From an uncultured archaeon (GTDB lineage: Archaea; Asgardarchaeota; Thorarchaeia; Thorarchaeales; Thorarchaeaceae): 25,972 nucleotides of DNA. Made by a program: the position numbers and the translations under genes. Positions 8,794 to 17,472 of the stretch are shown here, piece by piece. Below the pieces are notes generated by a model. The model saw only the letters and a program-made list of their open reading frames with translations, searched no databases and was not told where the DNA came from. The stretch is from contig CAZPWM010000030.1 in assembly GCA_964590575.1 (NCBI GenBank), forward strand, positions 1-25,972. Reading direction: 5' to 3'. Position 1 is the first letter of the stretch. Each line of letters starts with the position of its first letter.

Positions 8794-11700
8794 CTATTTT
8801 TCACTAGAGGATATCGCTACTACAAGTTTTTCGTCGCCAAATGCATATTCTTCTTGGTAGTGTCCAGAGGGTTTTTTCGCCTGTGTCAAGCTTCTAGCTA
8901 GTGTTTCCTCTGAGATGTACGCTTCATGAAACTCAACTGCTTCAGCCATTAATTCACTGGAACTATATTGCACTTCGATTCTGTCATTAACGTTGAGATC
9001 GGCTGACTTACGGAGGTTTTGGACACGTCGCACGAATTCACGAGCCAAACCTTCCAGTTTCAGTTCGTGTGTTACTTCTGTCGTCAGGGCTGCAAGGTAG
9101 GACCCCTCCGAGGCAGTCGAAAAACCTTCTCTCGCTTCAACAATCACATCGACTTCTTCTGGTAAAATATCGAACTTGTCCCCATTCAATGACACTTCTA
9201 TAGATTCACCATTCTGAAGCCGCATCGATGCTGCACGTGGATCCAGACTTAAGATTGCATCTTTAAGTACTGGGAAACGGGAGCCATATTTCTGGCCTAA
9301 CTGCTTTGGGAGTGGCTTGAGTTGATATCTAACTACCTCTGCGGTAACATCCATCAAGCGAACATTCTTGACGTTCAGTTCATCGCTTATCAAATCTGCA
9401 TAACGCGTGATTATATCTTGTTCATTGTCTAATCCAACAGCAAACGCAATTTCAGATAGTGGTTGACGAAGTTTACAGTTAGCTTGGTTTCTTGCTGCAT
9501 GGCCTAGTGACACTAATCGGAGAACAAACGCCATTTCATTGTTAAGTTCATCATCAATAGAATCACTTAGGGGCCAATCACAAAGATGAACACTCTCTGG
9601 TGCTCCTGAATCAACACTTCGTGTTAGATTTTGGTGCATCACTTCTGATACAAATGGCGTAAATGGTGCAAGCAGTCTAGAGAGAGTAACTAGAACCCGA
9701 TACAATGTATCATAAGCTGCATTCTTATCTGCGTCAACATCATCGCTTGCACCCGCCTCAGCCCAGAAGCGCCGACGGCTTCGTCGTAGATACCAATTAC
9801 TCAGATGGTCTATGAAGCGTGTCACAGCAGCTGTTGCCATATTCGGTTCATAAGAATTCAAAGAATCTGTGACCTCGCGAATGACTTCATTCATCCTTGA
9901 GAGTATCCACTTGTCCATTAAACTAAGAGACATTTTGTTATCAGATCTGGGAACCCATCCGTCCATGAGGGCATATGTGACAAAGAAGGAGTAGACATTC
10001 CACAATGGGATAAGAAATTGTCGCCGCACTTCATCAGCACGATGGTATCCGAAAGCAAGATCCTTCTCAGGTTTGTGAGCACAATAAATCCAACGCATCA
10101 CATCTACACCCATTGAATCAGCGGCATCATTGAACTCTACCATGTTGCCCCAAGACTTGTGCATTGGTCTTCCGTCCTCAGCAACCAAAGTGGCATATGT
10201 AAAGACATCTCTAAATGGTGCTCTGCGTACAAGGATAGTACTCATGGCGAGAAGGCTATAGAACCAATTTCTGAATTGTCCAGGAAAGCTCTCGCTGATA
10301 AGATCTGCTGGGAACCACTTGTTCCAATACTCTCTATCTGAGTTATACCTCATTGTGCTCATTGCAACAATACCTGCATCTAACCAAGGGTTGCCAACAT
10401 CTGGAATCCGTTTCATTCTCTTGTTGCATTCACTACACTCTATCTCAATCTCATCGATAAATGGTCGATGAGGCGAATGTCCTTCGAATACATCCCACCC
10501 TGCGACAGCACGTTCTTTGAGTTCTTCCCTACTACCTATCACATCGAAATGACCACAGTGCGAGCATTCCCATATAGGTAATGCAAGTCCCCAATACCGT
10601 TTCTTGGAAACCATCCAGTCATCCATATTTCGTAACCAGTCTAACTCTCTATCTTTTCCAAAGGAAGGATACCAGTTGGTTTCGTTGATTACAACCTCCA
10701 TTATCTGATAACGCAGATTGCGGTCTTTCTGTTCATTAGTGACTTCTTCATAGGGAATGTCTAGTTTAGTTCCCATTGAGATGAACCACTCATCTACTAA
10801 TCGAAATACCAATTCTTCCTGACATCTCCAACATACAGGGTATCGATGAGTATAGTCCTTTACTCTATACGCTACTCCTTTTTCCCTTAGGTTGTCAAAT
10901 ATTGGTTGAGCGACAGAATTCACATTCATGCCTGACAACCAATCAAAACCATCTATGAATACTCCATTTTCTGTGAGGGGTGCAATGGCAACAAGGTCGA
11001 GTTCCTTGGAGAGTTCAAAGTCCTCTGCTCCACAACCTGGTGCGATATGGACAATTCCAGTACCCTCCTCTTCACCTACTTCATCCCACACTATCACCCT
11101 GTGTTTCCCGGCAACACCGCTCTCCTTTTGAGCTGGTAATTCATCAAAGGGACCATGATAGACCCAACCTTCCATATCTGAGCCAAGTATCTCTCCCTCA
11201 ATTTCATAATCTCCTTTCAACATATGCAGAGTTCCGCGACTGAGGTATAGAACCTCCTCACCCTGACGCACCTTGACATAGGTCAGATCCGGACCAACGG
11301 CAGCAGCAACATTGCTGCTCAGAGTCCAAGGTGTTGTTGTCCATACAAGAAGACTTTCTCCAGGGCGATCAACTAGTGGGAATCTTAGTGTGATACTCGG
11401 ATGAGTTAACTCACGGTATCCTTCGGTTACTATTTCATGTTGACTTATACCTGTTCCACATCGTGCGCACCATGGCATTACATCTCTACCTTTGTATATC
11501 CAGCCTCTTTCATGACATGACTTCAACATAGTCCAGATTGTATAGTTATTTTCTTCAGAGAATGTGAAGTATGAACCTCCAACCTCTGGTGAACCTAGTT
11601 TTCCAACGAGTTGTTCAACTGTACCGGTAACTGGGGCTTTTACGCCATCGATTGTCGTAACTGCTAGCGGATCTTTATCAAGTGCATCATGTAACTTCTG

Positions 11701-12150
11701 TAAAGTTTCTAAATTATCCCAATCCATCCAATAACCTAGTCGGATACTTTGTTCAGTCTGCACTGCTGCATACTTCAGAACACGTTGCTTACACAATATG
11801 ATGAACTTCTCCAATCCATACTCTTCTATGTCTTGTTTACCTTTGAACCCCAAATCCCGTTCTACATTGACCTCCACCCAAAGACCTTGGCAGTCAAAGC
11901 CATTCTGATAGCGGGTATGATATCCCTGCATAGCTTTGAAACGATGGTATAGATCTTTGTAAGTACGTCCCCATCCATGATGAATCCCCATAGGATTGTT
12001 GGCTGTGATGGGACCGTCAAGAAATGACCACATTGGTCCATTAGCCCTGAGCTTCTTCGATTTTTCAAAGATCTGTGAATCTTTCCATAGCTTGAGCATT
12101 TCCTTTTCTTGAGCAACGAAGTCAACCTGACTGGGTACTGGTCTGAACAT
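8794..12150 (-). CDS. ileS: Isoleucine--tRNA ligase, type 2, non-canonical GIHH motif
   Basis: FLDGPITAN, GIHH, GFDCQGL, WTTTPWTL and GTGIVHIAPG (editing domain), PMHKS, NWYLRRSRRRF, KLRQPL, EGLAREFVRRVQNLRK (type 2 C-terminus). GGTGA SD precedes ATG 12150. Confidence 0.96.
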   Translation of the reverse strand: MFRPVPSQVDFVAQEKEMLKLWKDSQIFEKSKKLRANGPMWSFLDGPITANNPMGIHHGWGRTYKDLYHRFKAMQGYHTRYQNGFDCQGLWVEVNVERDLGFKGKQDIEEYGLEKFIILCKQRVLKYAAVQTEQSIRLGYWMDWDNLETLQKLHDALDKDPLAVTTIDGVKAPVTGTVEQLVGKLGSPEVGGSYFTFSEENNYTIWTMLKSCHERGWIYKGRDVMPWCARCGTGISQHEIVTEGYRELTHPSITLRFPLVDRPGESLLVWTTTPWTLSSNVAAAVGPDLTYVKVRQGEEVLYLSRGTLHMLKGDYEIEGEILGSDMEGWVYHGPFDELPAQKESGVAGKHRVIVWDEVGEEEGTGIVHIAPGCGAEDFELSKELDLVAIAPLTENGVFIDGFDWLSGMNVNSVAQPIFDNLREKGVAYRVKDYTHRYPVCWRCQEELVFRLVDEWFISMGTKLDIPYEEVTNEQKDRNLRYQIMEVVINETNWYPSFGKDRELDWLRNMDDWMVSKKRYWGLALPIWECSHCGHFDVIGSREELKERAVAGWDVFEGHSPHRPFIDEIEIECSECNKRMKRIPDVGNPWLDAGIVAMSTMRYNSDREYWNKWFPADLISESFPGQFRNWFYSLLAMSTILVRRAPFRDVFTYATLVAEDGRPMHKSWGNMVEFNDAADSMGVDVMRWIYCAHKPEKDLAFGYHRADEVRRQFLIPLWNVYSFFVTYALMDGWVPRSDNKMSLSLMDKWILSRMNEVIREVTDSLNSYEPNMATAAVTRFIDHLSNWYLRRSRRRFWAEAGASDDVDADKNAAYDTLYRVLVTLSRLLAPFTPFVSEVMHQNLTRSVDSGAPESVHLCDWPLSDSIDDELNNEMAFVLRLVSLGHAARNQANCKLRQPLSEIAFAVGLDNEQDIITRYADLISDELNVKNVRLMDVTAEVVRYQLKPLPKQLGQKYGSRFPVLKDAILSLDPRAASMRLQNGESIEVSLNGDKFDILPEEVDVIVEAREGFSTASEGSYLAALTTEVTHELKLEGLAREFVRRVQNLRKSADLNVNDRIEVQYSSSELMAEAVEFHEAYISEETLARSLTQAKKPSGHYQEEYAFGDEKLVVAISSSEK

Positions 12151-12177
12151 TTCCATCACCAACCTTGGAATAGATAA

Positions 12178-12342
12178 TCTCTGTAACTTTCTAATGCAAC
12201 ATGACTGTTCGATATGAAATGCAGTATCCTTCCGTTTTGTTTTGAATATAATTCAAAAAATCGAACAAGCATGTAATCAGAGAATGGACTACAATTACTT
12301 TCACATGAGTTAGTGAATTTGGCAATCCATCCTTTCTCACCT
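12178..12342 (-). promoter_or_regulatory. Putative ileS leader: SD-led uORF and large nested inverted repeat
   Basis: AGGTGA-N6-ATG GAT TGC CAA ATT CAC TAA (12330-12310); nested arms TCTCTG/CAGAGA, ACATG/CATGT, TGTTCGAT/ATCGAACA, TTTTGAAT/ATTCAAAA. Confidence 0.4.
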
Positions 12343-12453
12343 ATTCGCTCTCTGGTTTCTCCTAATACCTCCGTTAAAAACGTTAGGTTAGTTGTCTTTA
12401 ACCATCAGGAGGTCCGACCAATGTTTAATTGATAGAGTTGTACCGTGTTAGCT

Positions 12454-13128
12454 ATGAGTGCTCTTGAAGAAAGGTCATTAGACAAGCTCGCTGACATGAT
12501 TTTCAATATCCTCTGGCAGGATATCCTTCAGGTTTGGAAATCTATCAGAACGAAGATGGATCAAGAGGGGGCTGAAGCTGTGAAGGCTGCCTTTGATGGA
12601 GCTGCGAATCGGTTTATCAATGGTCCTTTCAGCGAACATCTTGAAGTAAGATGGGGCATGAACCTCTGTGTTCATTGTAATGATGATAACATCGATAAGA
12701 ACGGTATTGCGTACATTAACTCTGCAGGCGATGGACTTGAATTCAATCAGTGTCTAAACTGTCGTATAGGGATTCTCTACAGACTTGAAACTGCAAAAGC
12801 AACAATGGATACCTATAACATAGGTCTTGGAGCCCCTGAGCAATTCAATGGGATGTCTATCTATTGGAATGCGATTGTGCCTGAGGGGATGAGAAAGTTC
12901 CTTCCGACCTATGAGATCATAAACAGTGAGGGCCAATGGTTAGGTACGATTTCATTTGATGATTCATTCAATGTCAAGTTTCTTCCGTTTTCAGCTATGA
13001 CGGATTCTACGCCTCGAGATGCAGAGGCTCCATGGACCACAGAGATTCCTGGAGCAGTAAAACTCGCAGTTGATGCATTCTTGGAAACAGCAAAATACCA
13101 GGTCGAGGTTGCGCTTGTTCTGAAGTAG
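12454..13128 (+). CDS. Hypothetical protein with two CxxC pairs (possible Zn binding)
   Basis: Long ORF with gene-like composition; CVHC and CLNC; no family recognised. Confidence 0.75.
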   Translation: MSALEERSLDKLADMIFNILWQDILQVWKSIRTKMDQEGAEAVKAAFDGAANRFINGPFSEHLEVRWGMNLCVHCNDDNIDKNGIAYINSAGDGLEFNQCLNCRIGILYRLETAKATMDTYNIGLGAPEQFNGMSIYWNAIVPEGMRKFLPTYEIINSEGQWLGTISFDDSFNVKFLPFSAMTDSTPRDAEAPWTTEIPGAVKLAVDAFLETAKYQVEVALVLK

Positions 13129-13135
13129 GAATTGG

Positions 13136-13456
13136 GTGGTCATCTTGAATGAAAAACTCGTACGGGATAAGATACCGGATATTATCCGTGAGAAAGGCGA
13201 AACTCCTATCGTTCGAATTGCGGGACCTGATGAGCTCGATGTACTCCTTAGGGAAAAAATCGTTGAAGAAGCAAAAGAGTTTCTGTTCTCCGGTGATACT
13301 GAAGAGCTAGTTGATATTCAGGAAGCTATCGATGCCCTCCTCGAGCTCAGAAAAGCAGATCCCGCTCTTATCGAGATAATTCGTCATTCCAAATATCTTG
13401 CACGTGGTGGCTTTACTCAAGGGTATGTATTAATTTCGGATACAGAAGAGGAATAG
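13136..13456 (+). CDS. MazG-like / PRA-PH-type nucleoside triphosphate pyrophosphohydrolase
   Basis: KLVRDKIPDII, KIVEEAKE, EELVDIQE, RGGF. Confidence 0.85.
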   Translation: MVILNEKLVRDKIPDIIREKGETPIVRIAGPDELDVLLREKIVEEAKEFLFSGDTEELVDIQEAIDALLELRKADPALIEIIRHSKYLARGGFTQGYVLISDTEEE

Positions 13457-13578
13457 AAACAGCTCACTCTACATACTATGAATCATCGGGAAGAGCTTAT
13501 ATCCTAATTATTTTCCTTCTTGCGTGTAAATACCACCCCTGTTAGTGGTGGTGCCATGTGGTCATGGAGTGAACAATT

Positions 13579-15231
13579 ATGGTTATTGATGATGAAATTA
13601 CGAAAATTCCCGAAAAACCCATCAAACATGAAGATGGTGGTCCAATCTCAAGGTATCGTGTTGAGAGATACCCCGTTAAGGAGCTTCCATACGACACTGA
13701 GTCGATATGTCCTGAATGTTTCCTGACTGATGATAAAGTCCATGTGATAACTGCTACCCTCTATGAGGAAGATGGCAAGGTCATGTACAAGAAGACCTGC
13801 GAAGATCATGGTGAGTTTATTGATGTTTACTGGGGCGACGCTGAGATGTTCAGGAAAGCCCAGAAATGGTGGTACAAGTCTGTTGGACTTGATAACCCCC
13901 GTACTGAAACTGTGAAAGGTTGTCCAGAGGACTGCGGCCAATGTCCTGAACACAAATCGCACACAGCCCTAGCTCTTTTGGATGTAACCAATCGTTGCAA
14001 CCTGCGTTGTCCGATATGTTTCGCTGTGGCTGCAGAAGGTGGTTCAATCTATGAGCCAGAACCTCAAGAGGTCTTCGACATGATGAAGAATCTCCGCAGC
14101 AACTTACCCGTTCCAGCTCCTGCTCTCCAATTTGCTGGTGGTGAACCCACTGTCAGCAAGCATCTACCACAATATATCAAGTGGGCGAAGCAACTTGGTT
14201 TCAGTCACGTGCAGATTGCTAGCAATGTGATAAGAATAGGAAAAAGCAAGGAATACTTACAGGAACTTCGTGATGCTGGTCTTTCGACCATCTACATGCA
14301 ATTTGATGGAGTAACTCCTGAACCTTACCTAGCTGCTCGTGGGACAAACCTCCTTCCTCTGAAGAAGCAAGCTATACAGAATGCTCGAGAAGTTGGTATG
14401 GAGTCTTTGGTGTTAGTACCTACTGTTGTGCGTGGTGTTAATGAACATCAACTTGGTGATATAATTCAATTTGCTGTCGACAATCGTGATGTCGTGCGGT
14501 GTGTCAACTTCCAACCTGTGAGCATTACAGGACGTATTGATCACGCCTCTCGTAGGGAGATGCGAATCACGATACCTGATTGCATTCACCTAATTGAAGA
14601 ACAGACTGGAGGTAAGATTCCAGCAACTGAGTGGTACCCTGTACCCTCAATGATGCCTGTAGGTCGTGCACTTGGTCTCATCAAGGGCGGTCCAGACCTA
14701 GAGCTCAGTTCTCACTTTGCTTGTGGAATGGCGACTTTCATCTATATTGATGATGATGGTACCTATAAACCGATCACAGACCTGATTGATGTTGACAAGT
14801 TTCTAGTTCTCCTCGAGGAGATAGCAAACCTCTATGCTAATCAAGCAAGGGGGGCAAGCAAACGCGCCAAGGCTAAACTTGCAGCGGGTGCTCGTCACAT
14901 CAAGAAGAAGGGTCTCATCAAAGACCTACTAAGCGCATTTCTTAATCGTGGTGATTACGAGTCACTAGCCAAACTCATGCGCCGAGTCATCATGGTTGGT
15001 ATGATGCACTTCATGGATCCCTACAACTTCGACCTAGAAAGAGTCCAGCACTGTGACATCAACTACTCTGTACCTGATGGTCGAATCATTCCCTTCTGTG
15101 CAATGAATACCATTCACAGGTCCAGAATTGAAGAGAAGTTCTCCAAGCCTGTCGAAGAGTGGAGAAAGGGCCACAAACCATCACAGGTCGAAGAAGATAG
15201 TATCACAAAGCCCTTCTCAAGTGAGCAGTAA
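13579..15231 (+). CDS. tes: Radical SAM tetraether lipid synthase (Tes / GDGT-MAS family)
   Basis: N-terminal SICPEC...KTCEDHG; GCPEDCGQCPEH; CNLRCPIC (CxxxCxxC); NFQPV; MHFMDPYNFD; DGRIIPFC. Confidence 0.88.
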   Translation: MVIDDEITKIPEKPIKHEDGGPISRYRVERYPVKELPYDTESICPECFLTDDKVHVITATLYEEDGKVMYKKTCEDHGEFIDVYWGDAEMFRKAQKWWYKSVGLDNPRTETVKGCPEDCGQCPEHKSHTALALLDVTNRCNLRCPICFAVAAEGGSIYEPEPQEVFDMMKNLRSNLPVPAPALQFAGGEPTVSKHLPQYIKWAKQLGFSHVQIASNVIRIGKSKEYLQELRDAGLSTIYMQFDGVTPEPYLAARGTNLLPLKKQAIQNAREVGMESLVLVPTVVRGVNEHQLGDIIQFAVDNRDVVRCVNFQPVSITGRIDHASRREMRITIPDCIHLIEEQTGGKIPATEWYPVPSMMPVGRALGLIKGGPDLELSSHFACGMATFIYIDDDGTYKPITDLIDVDKFLVLLEEIANLYANQARGASKRAKAKLAAGARHIKKKGLIKDLLSAFLNRGDYESLAKLMRRVIMVGMMHFMDPYNFDLERVQHCDINYSVPDGRIIPFCAMNTIHRSRIEEKFSKPVEEWRKGHKPSQVEEDSITKPFSSEQ

Positions 15232-15243
15232 TTTATATTCCAC

Positions 15244-15290
15244 AGGTGATCGTGCTTCTTTATCGAAGCACACACCTTTCTCTCTTTTTA
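15244..15290 (+). terminator. Hairpin plus pyrimidine/T tract after tes
   Basis: AGGTG..GTGCTTC/GAAGCAC..CACCT followed by TTCTCTCTTTTT. Confidence 0.65.
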
Positions 15291-15482
15291 AATTCTAATT
15301 TTTTCCCCTTGATTTTTTTGTGCTTTAACAAGAAAATCATAGTGCGACCTATGAGAGAATTAGGAAAAATCATATCGATAATAATGCGTTTCTAATACGT
15401 ATATCGCGCCTTTTATTTTGTGAATTATCTCAGTACCAAAACAAACTTTAATAAGTACTGCATAGACTTAATCATAGTCTAA

Positions 15483-15605
15483 GTAGGAACGAACGGGCAT
15501 AAACCCTATTAAACTCAAAAAAAGGCGAGCGTGTGGGCTAGTTTTTCGTTACATGCCCTCAATTACGAAACTCCCCCCTCCTACCACGATTCCCATATGC
15601 TCGCC
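15483..15605 (+). ncRNA. Candidate structured RNA with possible pseudoknots (unknown family)
   Basis: 14-bp stem GGCGAGCGTGTGGG/CCCATATGCTCGCC (G-U pairs only on + strand), inner AGTTT(TT)CGT/ACGAAACT, upstream TTTAATAA. Confidence 0.45.
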
Positions 15606-15622
15606 ACCTCTTCAAAATTAGA

Positions 15623-16297
15623 TTATGGTTTGTTTTGCAATATGAAGAATGTTGACCCCATTCTGTTTTTTTTGAAAGTACTAATTTCTCTTCTTATTTC
15701 TTCAACTTTTTCTTCATCAATTTTACCTTGGATCAGAATACTTTCGAGAGGTTTGTAGTACCTATTCCACCATTCGTCATGTGGTACTTCAATCTGGCCT
15801 AGCACTTCATACCTGTATTTTGCAATAATCTGCAATTTGGACAGTACATCAGTATCCTCATCATGCACTACAAGAAAACCATTCTTGGCAAGAAGTTGTT
15901 TCCAATCGCGGATTCCGGTTTCAAAACCTACTACAAAAATAGAACCCTCGGCCCATACGATATTGTAAGTTTCTCTGAGATTATTTAATTCAAGCATTGA
16001 TAATCTCATGATAGAGATTCTGCTTGAGAATCCTAGTTCCTCAATTTTCCGTCGAAATGCTTCAAGTGCCTCTACATCAATATCAATAGCAGTGATGGGT
16101 CCATTGCACATCTTCGCAAGCTCAATTGTCTGTACACCTGACCCGCAACCAATGTCTAAGATGGATGGATTTTCAACTGGCGGGAGTATCTTGAATGCAG
16201 TTCTAGTATATTCTAAAAAATTAACTCGTAAGCTATCGCGAATCGCCAGGAGTGACATTTTGACTATCTTCCTCAAAGTAGTAAGAGACCTTTCCAT
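15623..16297 (-). CDS. Class I SAM-dependent methyltransferase
   Basis: ILDIGCGSG, AIDID, IVWAEGSIF, WWNRYY. Alternative start ATG 16258. Confidence 0.88.
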   Translation of the reverse strand: MERSLTTLRKIVKMSLLAIRDSLRVNFLEYTRTAFKILPPVENPSILDIGCGSGVQTIELAKMCNGPITAIDIDVEALEAFRRKIEELGFSSRISIMRLSMLELNNLRETYNIVWAEGSIFVVGFETGIRDWKQLLAKNGFLVVHDEDTDVLSKLQIIAKYRYEVLGQIEVPHDEWWNRYYKPLESILIQGKIDEEKVEEIRREISTFKKNRMGSTFFILQNKP

Positions 16298-16473
16298 GTT
16301 AATAATTCTTCAGAGTGAAAATACCTCTTACAATAACTTCCAAGTAGTGTTTCATCACTAATCTTAAAACAAAATATTCACAATTGTTAACAAGATTGAC
16401 TTTGTCAGTGACTTTCGAATCCCCATGGAATTGTTAATTAGTCACCATGAGGATTTCTAAGACGTTGGTGTCC

Positions 16474-17388
16474 ATGCATAATAAACACACACTCCCCGTG
16501 ATTCAGGTTGACTCATTCACCGATGTTCCTTTTGGAGGTAATCCCGCAGCTGTAATATTAAATGCTGACCATGTCAGCGAAAAAACAATGCATAAGATTG
16601 CTCGCGAGATGAATGTGAGAGAGACTGTATTCGTTTCTAAATCAAGGGTTGCTGATTTCCGTTTTCGGTACATGACACCAAAGAGTGAGATAAACTTCTC
16701 AGGGCATCCAACAATAGCAGCATTCCATGCTCTTGTAGAAGAGGGTTTCATCGAAATTGTCAGCGATGTGACAATGGTCCGTCTAGAAACCAACAGTGGA
16801 ATCTTGGATATTGAGATTGTACGAAATGAATCAACTGGTCATCACGAGATTCAAATCACACACAAGAAACCGAAGTTCATGAACACTTATGATCCTAAGG
16901 ACTATACTGAGGCCTTGGGTCTTTCACTAGCCGACATCCATTCTCCAAACCCCCTCCAGACTGTTAGCACTGGAACGCCACATCTTCTGATACCTGTTTC
17001 AACTAGCAGGTCTCTTGATAAGATTAAGCCGAATTGGGATCGTCTGAAAGAGCTACAAGCTGATTCGGACTATGTGTCTTTGAGTGTATTCACAAGAGAT
17101 ACGCGAGAACCCACATCCGATGCGCAAGTTCGCCATTTTGCACCTGTCTTGGGTGTCTATGAGGACCCAGTATCTGGCTCCGCGGCTGGTAGCCTCGGCA
17201 GCTACATCATTAGGTATGGCCTCATGGAGGCTACTTATCCTGTAACCAGTATAGTTATCGAGCAAGGTCACTATGTTGAGAGACCAGGAAAGATTTTCGT
17301 TGAGGTCCGTGGAGACCAAGAAAGCATTGACCAGGTCAAGGTAAGCGGTACTGCAGTAACCGTTCTGAAAGGTACCCTCCACTTCTAG
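16474..17388 (+). CDS. PhzF family isomerase
   Basis: VDSFTDVPFGGNPAAV, ETVF, TPKSEINFSGHPT, VSTGTP, RHFAP, EDPVSGSA, IEQG. Start ATG 16474 or 16447. Confidence 0.92.
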   Translation: MHNKHTLPVIQVDSFTDVPFGGNPAAVILNADHVSEKTMHKIAREMNVRETVFVSKSRVADFRFRYMTPKSEINFSGHPTIAAFHALVEEGFIEIVSDVTMVRLETNSGILDIEIVRNESTGHHEIQITHKKPKFMNTYDPKDYTEALGLSLADIHSPNPLQTVSTGTPHLLIPVSTSRSLDKIKPNWDRLKELQADSDYVSLSVFTRDTREPTSDAQVRHFAPVLGVYEDPVSGSAAGSLGSYIIRYGLMEATYPVTSIVIEQGHYVERPGKIFVEVRGDQESIDQVKVSGTAVTVLKGTLHF

Positions 17389-17472
17389 CACGCATCTGTT
17401 ATCATTGTAGCTAGCTTGCTCGCCTCCAAAGACTTATCTCAATTGCAAAAGGCGCAAGACTCAGTGACTCAA

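Noticed and set aside
12151-12444. T-box riboswitch or SECIS in the ileS leader
   Set aside because: No GGTGGNACC T-box motif; no SECIS core and no in-frame TGA selenoprotein candidate nearby.
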